Positions 1 to 9,916 of a stretch of 64,000 nucleotides of DNA are shown one piece after another. Each line of letters starts with the position of its first letter. Position 1 is the first letter of the stretch. The notes under the pieces are model-generated. The model was given only the letters and a program-made list of their open reading frames with translations. It did not search any database and was not told the origin of the DNA. The stretch is taken from IMG/VR virus record IMGVR_UViG_3300021387_000452. One strand, given 5' to 3'. This DNA comes from a virus (taxonomy: Duplodnaviria; Caudoviricetes). Made by a program: the position numbers and the translations under genes.

Positions 1-601
1 TGGCTGTATGTAACCCAAAGTGAGCTTTATTATCATTTACCTTAAATGTTACTTTACTATTAAATTTGATAGTAGCATTACTCGTATTGAAGTCTATTTC
101 TCCCATTGGGCCTGGAGCTTCTATCTTTGCTGCGTTACCGGCTACACCAGACAACACTGGTGGGATAGGCCCAGCTGTACCTGGAAATACACCGCATACT
201 GCTGGTACTGGTGGCATTGGAGCACCGCCACTTAAATTAGCTCCAGATATAATCGCATTTTGAAGAGATACTTTACCAGTTCCTTTTATATTGCACTCCT
301 TACACTCAAACTCCATCTCATCTATTTCCATTTTTCCATTTAATGTAAGTCTACCTTTGTACTTTAAAACTGGTGGATTCTTCCAAGCAGCATATGCAGC
401 TCTAATAGTCCATGAAGCAATTACTTTCTGAACTGTAGAACCATCCTCACCATGAGGCTTTATTTCTTTTGAACCATCGATGTTATCGAAATCGACCCAC
501 ATTATACCATTCTTTTCAAAGTTCTCGTCTAGTTCATCAATGCGTCCTATAAAGCATGATAGACTATTAATTGGTATTTCTAGCTGATTGCTTATAAACA
601 T
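1..601 (-). CDS. Putative baseplate spike/gp5-gpV-like protein (3' end runs off the window; not in the ORF track)
   Basis: ATG at 601 with GGAG upstream. Frame is open to position 1 (MFISNQLEIPINSLSCFIGRIDELDENFEKNGIMWVDFD...). It follows the baseplate hub gene. The product call rests on context and an OB-like N-terminus. Confidence 0.5.
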   Translation of the reverse strand, partial: MFISNQLEIPINSLSCFIGRIDELDENFEKNGIMWVDFDNIDGSKEIKPHGEDGSTVQKVIASWTIRAAYAAWKNPPVLKYKGRLTLNGKMEIDEMEFECKECNIKGTGKVSLQNAIISGANLSGGAPMPPVPAVCGVFPGTAGPIPPVLSGVAGNAAKIEAPGPMGEIDFNTSNATIKFNSKVTFKVNDNKAHFGLHTA

Positions 602-623
602 TTAAAGTCTCCATGAAAGCTCA

Positions 624-1985
624 TCACGTAGTGCTCTGATCTTTATTATCACCACTGGCAGTCTCTGTTGCAGCAGCTTCTTGATTGCTCTTCTCTTCAA
701 CTTCTTTTTTATTGTTAAATACAAGTGTAGCTTCAACATTAGCTTTAATAACAGCGCCACTTAAATCATAGCTAACTGACTGAACAGTGGCGTACCTGTT
801 CATTTCTGCTTTTGTAATTGGATGTTCTTCACCAAATTCTGTAAATACTCTAAAATTTATCTTCATCTTTGGATCATTTACAACAAATGACATTACATTA
901 TAGCATTCAAATGAAATCTGTATATTGCCACTTGAGCCCTTATTTGCGTTGGCGGCCATTGCGCTAGAAGCTACTTTAGATGAAGCATTTGTAACAGCAG
1001 AGCCAGCTCCAGTTCTATTAACTTTAGTCCCATTTGGGTTTACATTTATACTATACATTAATATAGCATTAGATTGATCTATGCTAAATGAGAACGATGT
1101 CATTGGTATAACGCACTTTCCGCCAAACTCCTGTGGTGTAGAATACGCTGGCTTAGAGCCATTTAAGACAAACACAAAGTCTGTTATATTGTTATCATCT
1201 GTCTTATTACTAGTGTTTGTATTGTTACCAACCCAATTTCTAATCTCAAATGCTTGATCTGAATAGTTATACGAACATGTAAACTTTGTTGGGTTGTCTG
1301 GATCACTATCAGACTTAAGCTTTACTTTCTCCATAAAGAAATCTAATGCCGAGTAGATAGTACCGCGAGCTGCAAGTGCGCCAGGTTGAGTCTTAAATAG
1401 TACGTAGCCAATGTTCTCTGGATAAAGGAACTCAAATAAATTATCAAACTCACTAGATTCATGAGATGCGCCATTTGCATCAATATATACTACTTTCTTC
1501 GGTATATCAGACGCAGTGTTCTTAAGAAGACCAACTGCTGCATCTATAAATCCGCTTGGATTTACATAAGCACCATCAAGATCAGATGAGCACGGGAATA
1601 TAGGAAACTGCTTCCATTCTATTTCGATTGTTGGAACTGCTCCATTAAATGAAAGAGTCCACTTATCAATTACACCATCAAATTCTCTCTTTTTTGAAAA
1701 GCAACTAATAGAAATTTTTAATGGTATTTGAACAGACTTTCCAATATTGTCAGTCTGATAAGTAATGAACCGCGTAAATAGCTCATTTTTATAGTCTACT
1801 AGAGACATTGCCCCTGTACACCCAGCACTAGAATTATCTCCAGCTGATGGGACTTTTACTGAGAGACTTTGCAAGTGAGCATTATCATTACTAGAATACT
1901 TCTTGTGTATGTTGGACACTGTATACGGTTCTTTAAACAGCAATGTAACTGCTACTTCATTATAATCTTTAAACTGTGGGTACAT
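624..1985 (-). CDS. Putative baseplate hub protein (gp27/gpD-like)
   Basis: 453 aa beta-rich protein in the usual order tape measure - tube initiator - LysM/gp53 - hub - spike. Confidence 0.5.
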   Translation of the reverse strand: MYPQFKDYNEVAVTLLFKEPYTVSNIHKKYSSNDNAHLQSLSVKVPSAGDNSSAGCTGAMSLVDYKNELFTRFITYQTDNIGKSVQIPLKISISCFSKKREFDGVIDKWTLSFNGAVPTIEIEWKQFPIFPCSSDLDGAYVNPSGFIDAAVGLLKNTASDIPKKVVYIDANGASHESSEFDNLFEFLYPENIGYVLFKTQPGALAARGTIYSALDFFMEKVKLKSDSDPDNPTKFTCSYNYSDQAFEIRNWVGNNTNTSNKTDDNNITDFVFVLNGSKPAYSTPQEFGGKCVIPMTSFSFSIDQSNAILMYSINVNPNGTKVNRTGAGSAVTNASSKVASSAMAANANKGSSGNIQISFECYNVMSFVVNDPKMKINFRVFTEFGEEHPITKAEMNRYATVQSVSYDLSGAVIKANVEATLVFNNKKEVEEKSNQEAAATETASGDNKDQSTT

Positions 1986-1993
1986 GGTAAACT

Positions 1994-2242
1994 CTATAAT
2001 AGAGGAATCTTAAGCTGTGTACCAGCTGGAACTGCGTTTGGATTTATTATTGCATTAAAGCGTGCAATAATCCACCAATTTACTGGAGTATTATATACAC
2101 GCTGTGAAACAAGATCTAATCGATCAGCTTCAAATTCAGTCACTACTGTTGTGTTATATTTGTAGTAAGTCCTAAATAGATGAGACTGTGGAATGTCTGT
2201 CTCATCATCAACATTATAATACCTAGACGTTTGATTGTACAT
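1994..2242 (-). CDS. LysM-like baseplate wedge protein (gp53/tail X-like)
   Basis: DRLDLVSQRVYNTPVNWWIIARFNAIINP...GTQLKIP is the typical gp53/LysM signature. Confidence 0.8.
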   Translation of the reverse strand: MYNQTSRYYNVDDETDIPQSHLFRTYYKYNTTVVTEFEADRLDLVSQRVYNTPVNWWIIARFNAIINPNAVPAGTQLKIPLL

Positions 2243-2257
2243 TGCACAGCCTCATCA

Positions 2258-3934
2258 TTATATTATAGATGACATAAAATCAGAAGCAGCTTTAGCCATC
2301 TGCGCACTTGCATCAGCTAAACCGCCTGCAGCTTCAAGAGCCATAGCCGCTCCATTTGCGATTTTCTGCATCATAGCCAAAGGATCTTCATTGTCATCAG
2401 CAGCTTTAACTGATAAGTTCTCTGCTAATCTATTAGCTCTAGATAAACTATTTTTTAATTCAGCAGCAGCTTCTTTTTCTGAAAAATCTCCAGTAGTCTT
2501 TTGTAGCTGTACATCTTCAAGTAGTATCATCGTAAATGAAACAGTTAGCTCTGAATAATAATACTCAGTACAAAACTCATTTACATTATCAGACTTTAGT
2601 TGGTAATTGCTATCTCGCACTGCTGAAAAATCACCATTAGCATATTTACCAGTCATTGATCCACCATAAGTAATAGACACTGAAGATATATAGCCAACTC
2701 TTGAAATCCCTGGTAGTATTACACCACAGACCTTCGGCATAAGTGATCCACTTTCAGTTTCCCACGGCCTCTGAAAACTTTCAGCCATTCTTTCTATATC
2801 TTCTAGAGTAAGATCATCACTCACTGCTCTAAGTTCATCAATATGCCATTTTAATTCAAATGTAATTTCTATCTGATTTGCATTTTGATAGTATTGGTAT
2901 GGGACTTGAGATCCTCTTGGAGAAATAGATTCATATGACGAAGCTGCAGTGTATGACACTGATTCTGGCTGTTGAAAACAAAGAAGCATGTTATGAGCTT
3001 TTTTAGTACCAGACTTACCATCAGTAGTACCAAAATATTCTGGAATATCATACACGATAGCTTGAACAACACTAAGTTTAGAAAAGTCACTAACTTTTCT
3101 ATTGTCTATAGGGTTTGTATGCTTACTAACTGGAAAGATTGTAAATGATCTTGCATCCTGAAGAAAATCTCCATTCTCAATTCGTTGAATTAATAATGAA
3201 AATTCGCCCCATGCCATATATGCAGCCATGTACATCTTCCATATATTAAACAACTTATCTCTAATAGTTACTTCTCCAGTTGGGAGCTTATCCCATGAAG
3301 TACTTCCCTTCTCTCCAGAAGACGTTGCCTTAAATGCACTAGTGTCATTATCGTTCTTTCTCTCACTTAGAATATCTGCTATAGTATCTTTCATAGATAC
3401 AGCTAATGAAGTACTTAAGTGAGTATCATTAATGAAAGATTCATCAAACTCATACTTTCTTTCTTTAAGCTTATCATATAGTGGAGAAAAATCTTCTACG
3501 ATCTGCTGAACTTCAAAGTCATCAATTGAAATTATAATCGAAGAACTGCTACCATAGTTTACAAAAAGACAGTATATATCTGATGATCTATCTAGTATAA
3601 GCCAGCCAATCTGATTCCCGGTTCCTTTATTTGATGAGTCAATAGTTCCGTTGAAATCTTTATAGATATTCTTGCCTTTGAAGACTCCATATCGTATATC
3701 TGATTTGTTGTCTAGAAATTTGAATGATACAGTTTTATATTCAGGAAGACTAACTGCTTTATCATAGAGCTCTTTATCAAGCTCATATTCATATTTATGT
3801 GGAAGAATACTCAGTACATCTTTCTTATCAGATTCAGTAGATGCACCCAGACTCTCTTCAACAAGAATTCGGAATGCATCCACTGTACTATTTTTTGCAC
3901 CAAGTGATAGTTTATTATATTCTAATACTGGCAT
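2258..3934 (-). CDS. Tail tube initiator/baseplate tube-like protein with an N-terminal extension
   Basis: C-terminal half (PESVSYTAASSYESISPRGSQVPYQYY...ITFEL...GYISSVSITY...LTVSFTM) fits gp48/gp54/CIS tube-like domains. Lies directly after the tape measure gene. Confidence 0.6.
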   Translation of the reverse strand: MPVLEYNKLSLGAKNSTVDAFRILVEESLGASTESDKKDVLSILPHKYEYELDKELYDKAVSLPEYKTVSFKFLDNKSDIRYGVFKGKNIYKDFNGTIDSSNKGTGNQIGWLILDRSSDIYCLFVNYGSSSSIIISIDDFEVQQIVEDFSPLYDKLKERKYEFDESFINDTHLSTSLAVSMKDTIADILSERKNDNDTSAFKATSSGEKGSTSWDKLPTGEVTIRDKLFNIWKMYMAAYMAWGEFSLLIQRIENGDFLQDARSFTIFPVSKHTNPIDNRKVSDFSKLSVVQAIVYDIPEYFGTTDGKSGTKKAHNMLLCFQQPESVSYTAASSYESISPRGSQVPYQYYQNANQIEITFELKWHIDELRAVSDDLTLEDIERMAESFQRPWETESGSLMPKVCGVILPGISRVGYISSVSITYGGSMTGKYANGDFSAVRDSNYQLKSDNVNEFCTEYYYSELTVSFTMILLEDVQLQKTTGDFSEKEAAAELKNSLSRANRLAENLSVKAADDNEDPLAMMQKIANGAAMALEAAGGLADASAQMAKAASDFMSSII

Positions 3935-3946
3935 AATATATCACCC

Positions 3947-6900
3947 TTATGCATGAGGTAGTCTTGCCGGAGTTGAAGCACCAACTGGCTTTTTAACAAA
4001 CGCAGCCATATCACGTAGATACTTCACAACGTCTTTCATCGCCAAAACAATCTCATCCCTCTGTGAATTACTATCAGATACCTTCTTTGCGCTTTTAGAA
4101 TTTGATACATCATATTTAACCTGACCGTTAGTCTGAGCAATGATTGTGTTTATAGCATTCTTTGAAAGATTCTGTAAAGTCTCAAGCTGTGTATCTGTTT
4201 TTGCTTTAACACCTTCAGCTACAACGTCTGTACCTTCAGCAAGATTTGAATATAGTTGGCTATATTCTTCTGGAGTTAGCTCTTTAACTGCAGGCTGTGG
4301 TGTGTTTGCGTCTTGAGGTACTGAAGATGATGTAGTAATACCATCTGGAGTATCAATCTGCTTTGTAGCTATATACTTTGAAGTTGCGGCATCAAACATC
4401 CCATCATAGAATCCAGCACCAACCATACCCCACTTAGCTTTATTATTCATTGGTACTTCAATAACGCCCTTAGACCCTTCCTTTGCTTTGAATTTACCTT
4501 TAGCATAAGAATCTGACGATCCGCTAGCATTAATCCACTTACCATTAGTAGTTATAATACCCATGTGTTGTGGAAATCCGGTCTTGTCGCTTTTATTAGA
4601 AAATCCAATCATTCCAGGTAAAGCGTCACTTAAATTAACTTTGTGCAACTTTGAGCTATTCCAGTGTGTACCAACTGTGCCAGATGGGAATTTCTTCATA
4701 CCAGCTGATCTAAAGGCTGACTGAACAAGAGTATTACACACAAAACCGTCGCTGTATATAGAGTATGGTTTTCCAACTTGATCCCTTGCATATGCTATTG
4801 CATTATCAGCAATAGAGTTTCCAGATGAAGATAGAGAGTCATCAACAGCAGTTCTTATTTTCTTTTTATCAATGAAAGACATTTTACTGATAAGATTCTT
4901 TAGTACACTTGGTTTATCAAGCGGAATAATAGCTTCTCTACCAGCCTCACCTACTAAGCCAGGCCCGTGAGTCGATGAAGCTCCACCAGCATATGCATTA
5001 AGCTTTGTAAGAAATTCATGAATCTTTAATATAGTCTCTGAAGTCTTAGCTACATGTTGTGTTATTGTCTCTAATAAAGAACCAGTGTTTGGTGGTAATA
5101 CTGAAACTTGTTGCTGATTTCTTGCTGAATCCAAATAGCTCTGTACATTATCAGCTTCAGCTTGATCAAATTTAATACCATTTTGAACTACATCTGAATC
5201 TAATACTTTCGCAAACTCACTGATTGCATCATCAGCATTATTATAGTGAAGACGTCTCTCAGCATCTGCCATAACTACCATTGCTTCAGACTCTGATAGA
5301 TAGTTATTCGCTGCAGACTGAAGAGCTGCAAGAGCATCTTTTCTACTATTTTCATCTTTAGCACTATCAAACGCTTTTTTAGCATCTTCATAGGCTTGTT
5401 GCGCTGCACGATCTTCTTTATTACCAAGTAATCTTCGCTGAGCTTCTTCAAATTCTGCAAGCTTACTTTCATCTTTATCAAAAACGCCAGATAGTTTGTA
5501 TTGCAAGAATTTAAAACCCATCTGTACAGCATTAACTAATGTAACAATTGGAGCTCCTAATGTAGCTGTAACAAGTTCTTTTACTGTACTTACAGCTGAT
5601 AATATCACTTCCTTTATTACTTTAAATCCAGATCGTACTAATGGACCAATTGCATTCTGTAAATAATTTATAGTTCCTGACAACCAGCCAATAACAGTTG
5701 GTATTTTGCTAACAAAGTAATTAAACATTCCATTAATTGTTAAAACTATATTATTTACAAGTGTAACTGCATTATCTAGAGTGTTTAATACATTAGTGAT
5801 TAAATTAGAAATTGCTAATAGTGGTGGCTCAATAACATCTATGATAAGGTTTACTACTCTATCAACAGTTAATGCGATAGTGCTAAGAATTTCTGAAACT
5901 GGTGGTAAAATTACATCTACAAGTTTAGTGAAAGTTTCAACAATTGGTGGGAGAAATGAGTCTACTATCTTTCTAGCAATGTCTAGTATTGGTGGTAATA
6001 TTGTAACAACAACTTTATCTAAAAGCTGAAGCACTTTTGGTAATAACTGCTTAACAGCAAACTCGATTGTACTTACAATAGTTGGCATGACAGGAGCTAT
6101 CGACTTAGCTAAAACATTAATTGATTCAGCAATGAGTCTAATTGGTTCAGTCAAAACAATAATAACTTCTCTTACTGAGTCAATGGCAGTTACTACTATT
6201 TCTCTAACGCCATCAATAAATGACACACCAATTTCTCTTATGCAGTCAATAACTGATACACCTAATTCTTTAACTGCATCAATGATTGGTACTATAGCAT
6301 CTGCGACAGTTTGAAGTACCTGTACAATTGCTGGAACAGCTGGGGCTACAATGTCTATTAACTTACCAATAACTTCAGTTACTTTTAGTACGATGTCTCT
6401 TATTCCAGGAATTGCATCAGCTATAGCACTTCCTAAACCATCAAAGAATCCCTTAAATGTTGGAGCTGCCTCTTTAATAGCATTTCCAATACCAGACAAG
6501 TCTATGTTTGATGCAGCAGATCGCGCACTTCCAGCTAAATTAGACGCAGCAGCTTTTGAGCCAGACATGTCTATCTTAGACAAGCTTGACTTTATCTCCT
6601 GCATTCCTGATTTATCTGAGCTAGACAGTTTACTTGTTAATCCACTGATTGCTCCAGATAAAGATGACCCAGCTTTATCAAATATCCCACCACTAAAGAA
6701 TCCAGAGAATGTATCTTTAATCCCTTTCCATATCTCTGGGAGTAGGCTGCCAATCCCGCTAATAATATCTTCAATGAATCCTGGAATATTTTTTATAAAG
6801 TCAGATAGTATTGGTTTTATTTGTTTAAATACTTCACCTAGTTTAGGCCCTATCTTATCCCAGTTAGCAACTATAGCGACTATAGCTCCAGCTGCTCCTA

Positions 6901-8338
6901 ATCCACCGATGATCCATTTGGTTACGCTACTAGTGTTAAAATATATAGACTTTAATAATGTGGACACTACTTTAAACCCAGTCGATACAAGCTTACCCAT
7001 ATCAGCTGAATCACCAAATAGTTCATCAAGAGTGTTTGAAAATTTGCCTATTGCACCGCCTAAAATATTATTATCAAACTCTCCAAATGCTTTCTGAATT
7101 TCAAAATTAATCTTTCCATTAGATGCATTATCTGAGAGAGCCTTTTTATTCTGTTTTTCTGTGCGAACATTCGTGCCAATATTCTGACCATTGGCTTGCA
7201 TATTTTTAATAGTAAGCAGTTGATTAGCCATTTGTCTAGTGGCTTCATCACCTGAACTGGCTAATGCTCTCAACTGCTCTGTAGAATACTGATTTGCTTG
7301 TTCTACTAAATGCTGGCCCTCACTACCTATTGCTTGAACTCCGCCCTGAATAGCTAGCAGAGCGCCATCAACTTCTTCTGTCATACCATTGGCTGCTCTA
7401 CGATTATTAGCGGCCATCTGTGATGCTTTCTCCCAGTCAGTAATAGCACCACCAGCATACTTAGCAGTATTAGCAGAGCTCTGAGCAATTTGAGACAACA
7501 CTTTATCAACACCAACTGTAGCTCTCTCTGACTCTGATACTGTAGCCAATTGCTGCTTAATAAGCTGTCTTGCACGCGGGTCAGTTGCAGCTGTAGTTAT
7601 CTGCTTAACCGCGGCTGTGCTTGCTTCCATTGCGTACTTATACGCTTCAGCATCATCTAAGCCGGATTTTCTTAAAGCTGCATACTTAGCTCGCTGCTCT
7701 TCTCCCATAGCTTCAAGATCATGCCCGCCAGCCTGTAGCGCATTATAATATTCTACAATCTCAGACTTATCAAGCTTAAACCCCAATAAACTCTCTACTT
7801 GACCTTGAGCAGCATTTGCCATCACCTGAGATCTGTCTTTCTCTTCTTTAGTAAGAAAGTTTTGTCTCATTAGTTTAGCGTATTGAGTCTGAGTTTTAAG
7901 AGTATCGTTTAATACACCCAATAAAGCCGACTTGAGTGTATCAAAACAATTCTTCATAGTATCTTTGAAGTCTTTAAGAGCATTTAAATTATCTCTATTT
8001 TGTCTACCAGATAGAGCTTTATCTATAGCACGGTTATTCGCTTCAGAAGCCATATTTTTCTTCTGATTACTAGTAATGCCAGATAAAGCTCTCTGCACAG
8101 CACGATCATTACTTGCAACAGCTTTGCTCTGCTTAGCAAAGTATTCTTTCTCATTAGCCTGATTATTTAATGAGCTATCAAAATAATTTTTAGCACTTTT
8201 ATTTCTATCACTATCTTCTTTAGACTTCTTAGTAAGATGCTCGTATATACCCTCTAGTATTTGATTAGCTAGATCATCAAACACTGGTAATGGCTTACTA
8301 GGGTCTATATTGAAATTAACTCCGCTATCTATTGCCAT
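3947..8338 (-). CDS. Tape measure protein with C-terminal NlpC/P60 peptidoglycan hydrolase domain
   Basis: 1463 aa, helical, with roughly 11-aa amphipathic repeats and the TMP motif YAGG...LVGEAGREAIIPL. NlpC/P60 motifs AIAYARDQVGKPY...GFVCNTLVQ...HMGI. Confidence 0.9.
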   Translation of the reverse strand: MAIDSGVNFNIDPSKPLPVFDDLANQILEGIYEHLTKKSKEDSDRNKSAKNYFDSSLNNQANEKEYFAKQSKAVASNDRAVQRALSGITSNQKKNMASEANNRAIDKALSGRQNRDNLNALKDFKDTMKNCFDTLKSALLGVLNDTLKTQTQYAKLMRQNFLTKEEKDRSQVMANAAQGQVESLLGFKLDKSEIVEYYNALQAGGHDLEAMGEEQRAKYAALRKSGLDDAEAYKYAMEASTAAVKQITTAATDPRARQLIKQQLATVSESERATVGVDKVLSQIAQSSANTAKYAGGAITDWEKASQMAANNRRAANGMTEEVDGALLAIQGGVQAIGSEGQHLVEQANQYSTEQLRALASSGDEATRQMANQLLTIKNMQANGQNIGTNVRTEKQNKKALSDNASNGKINFEIQKAFGEFDNNILGGAIGKFSNTLDELFGDSADMGKLVSTGFKVVSTLLKSIYFNTSSVTKWIIGGLGAAGAIVAIVANWDKIGPKLGEVFKQIKPILSDFIKNIPGFIEDIISGIGSLLPEIWKGIKDTFSGFFSGGIFDKAGSSLSGAISGLTSKLSSSDKSGMQEIKSSLSKIDMSGSKAAASNLAGSARSAASNIDLSGIGNAIKEAAPTFKGFFDGLGSAIADAIPGIRDIVLKVTEVIGKLIDIVAPAVPAIVQVLQTVADAIVPIIDAVKELGVSVIDCIREIGVSFIDGVREIVVTAIDSVREVIIVLTEPIRLIAESINVLAKSIAPVMPTIVSTIEFAVKQLLPKVLQLLDKVVVTILPPILDIARKIVDSFLPPIVETFTKLVDVILPPVSEILSTIALTVDRVVNLIIDVIEPPLLAISNLITNVLNTLDNAVTLVNNIVLTINGMFNYFVSKIPTVIGWLSGTINYLQNAIGPLVRSGFKVIKEVILSAVSTVKELVTATLGAPIVTLVNAVQMGFKFLQYKLSGVFDKDESKLAEFEEAQRRLLGNKEDRAAQQAYEDAKKAFDSAKDENSRKDALAALQSAANNYLSESEAMVVMADAERRLHYNNADDAISEFAKVLDSDVVQNGIKFDQAEADNVQSYLDSARNQQQVSVLPPNTGSLLETITQHVAKTSETILKIHEFLTKLNAYAGGASSTHGPGLVGEAGREAIIPLDKPSVLKNLISKMSFIDKKKIRTAVDDSLSSSGNSIADNAIAYARDQVGKPYSIYSDGFVCNTLVQSAFRSAGMKKFPSGTVGTHWNSSKLHKVNLSDALPGMIGFSNKSDKTGFPQHMGIITTNGKWINASGSSDSYAKGKFKAKEGSKGVIEVPMNNKAKWGMVGAGFYDGMFDAATSKYIATKQIDTPDGITTSSSVPQDANTPQPAVKELTPEEYSQLYSNLAEGTDVVAEGVKAKTDTQLETLQNLSKNAINTIIAQTNGQVKYDVSNSKSAKKVSDSNSQRDEIVLAMKDVVKYLRDMAAFVKKPVGASTPARLPHA

Positions 8339-8362
8339 AATGCTTATCTCCAGGTAAAATAA

Positions 8363-8397
8363 AAGCTCTATGTAAATTTGATATATACATAGAGCTT
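8363..8397 (-). terminator. Intrinsic terminator with the late-promoter motif ATATCAA in its loop
   Basis: Perfect 12-bp stem AAGCTCTATGTA/TACATAGAGCTT, 11-nt loop, followed by a T-tract on the minus strand. Confidence 0.8.
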
Positions 8398-8428
8398 ACA
8401 TACTAGCAGAGCTATCTTTGCTAATCTA

Positions 8429-9481
8429 CTATATAAGTACTTCAAAATAACGGTTCAAGAATCGCTTAAAGTCATCAATTGATTTCTTAGTTGATATTGA
8501 ATATCGTTTCAAGCATGAAATAATACTATTTGTTGGAATAAATGAAAACTCATCTTTCAATTTAATAGTGAGCTTATAATTTGAATCCTGATTACTATCA
8601 GAGTCAAGCGTAAATACACCAGGGCGTCTCATTGAGATCATGTTGTAATTATAGTCTCTAATGCTATTTACTTCATCAGATAATTCATACTGCTTATTAG
8701 AATCAAATCTAGCGTTCTTCATTATTACTGTATTTGAAATATTCTCAAACCATTCATCTAATTCTTTGCTACTATTATATGCATACGGATATGAGATATC
8801 TTCAGACTTAGCTACAAAATCAACTATACCAAGATCTGTGAATACTACAAAGTGAAAATATTTATAGCTGTCTACAACATCACCCGTTAGATTCTCAGTA
8901 GCTACTTTCTTTAATGTTGGTTGATTCTCAGCTTCATCAATGACTTGTGTATCTTCAACTATGATATTATTTCTAGCTGACTCGTTTGCTGCTATAAATG
9001 ATCTACTATACGAATAATCACTATCAAGCTGACGAACATGCAGAACATAGTGTCTACTTTTAAAATAGTCGCATTCACATAGAAAATCTTTACTCATCTT
9101 AAGAGCTGCAGCATCGTTTGGAGTTTTGCTTGCCTTTGTTGACACTAACTCGAACTTACTATTTATATAATGAATGTTCTCTGTATCTCTATCACTATAT
9201 GAAAGCCATGGAAGAACGTCCTCTTCAGTAAACCCAGCTGATTCTAGATTCTTATAGTCTTGCTTAGTAAATGTCTGAATAAGGTTACTTGGATTTACTT
9301 TAACCTGACTAGAAAATCTATCTACGAGTGATTTAGCACTACTATCACTAGCTTTATCAGCTAATGCTGTAGCTACAGCTGTTGATTTATTTGACTTTGC
9401 TTTACTAGACTCAGATTGTCTAAGTTTAGATAATATGTCAGCCAACCCCTCATCGATTCTGATTCCACCTACATCTGCCAT
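8429..9481 (-). CDS. Hypothetical protein
   Basis: 350-aa ORF with a GGAG RBS; no recognised motif. Confidence 0.75.
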   Translation of the reverse strand: MADVGGIRIDEGLADILSKLRQSESSKAKSNKSTAVATALADKASDSSAKSLVDRFSSQVKVNPSNLIQTFTKQDYKNLESAGFTEEDVLPWLSYSDRDTENIHYINSKFELVSTKASKTPNDAAALKMSKDFLCECDYFKSRHYVLHVRQLDSDYSYSRSFIAANESARNNIIVEDTQVIDEAENQPTLKKVATENLTGDVVDSYKYFHFVVFTDLGIVDFVAKSEDISYPYAYNSSKELDEWFENISNTVIMKNARFDSNKQYELSDEVNSIRDYNYNMISMRRPGVFTLDSDSNQDSNYKLTIKLKDEFSFIPTNSIISCLKRYSISTKKSIDDFKRFLNRYFEVLI

Positions 9482-9493
9482 ACTAAGTATCTC

Positions 9494-9811
9494 CTAGTTA
9501 ATAATATTGAAAAAATAGCAAATCTTCTTATGAAACAGCTCTATTGTCTCATTATTTTTAATCATATCTTTTCGAACAATTCTATCATTCTTTAGAAGAT
9601 AAACCATGTATCTCCCATGTCTATCTTCTACATAAAACTGAAATACATAAGGTGATTTATAGAAGCTGAGATATAGGCTTTTATATCTTCCGCTAGTAAA
9701 GATGAGTTTTACATTTCTTTTATAGCGAGTCTTTATGATCGTTTGAATGCATCGACCTACGTCTTCTAACGATTTTATATAGTCTTTCTTATCTATCATA
9801 GCCATACTCAA
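9494..9811 (-). CDS. Hypothetical basic protein
   Basis: 105-aa Lys/Arg/Tyr-rich ORF, preceded by both promoter motifs. Confidence 0.65.
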   Translation of the reverse strand: MSMAMIDKKDYIKSLEDVGRCIQTIIKTRYKRNVKLIFTSGRYKSLYLSFYKSPYVFQFYVEDRHGRYMVYLLKNDRIVRKDMIKNNETIELFHKKICYFFNIIN

Positions 9812-9864
9812 ATGCGGTTACTGTGTTGGGTCATACTATGTATTGATATTCAGTAGTCACAAAA

Positions 9865-9897
9865 AAGCTCCTATATGAATTATACATATAGGAGCTT
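9865..9897 (-). terminator. Intrinsic terminator after the sheath gene, with TGTATAAT across its loop
   Basis: Perfect 13-bp stem AAGCTCCTATATG/CATATAGGAGCTT plus T-tract. Confidence 0.85.
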
Positions 9898-9916
9898 AGT
9901 AATTTAACTCAATCGA

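Noticed and set aside
8429-9811. Tail assembly chaperone pair with a programmed frameshift upstream of the tape measure gene
   Set aside because: The two ORFs have separate stop and RBS, I found no convincing slippery site, and a terminator separates them from the tape measure gene.
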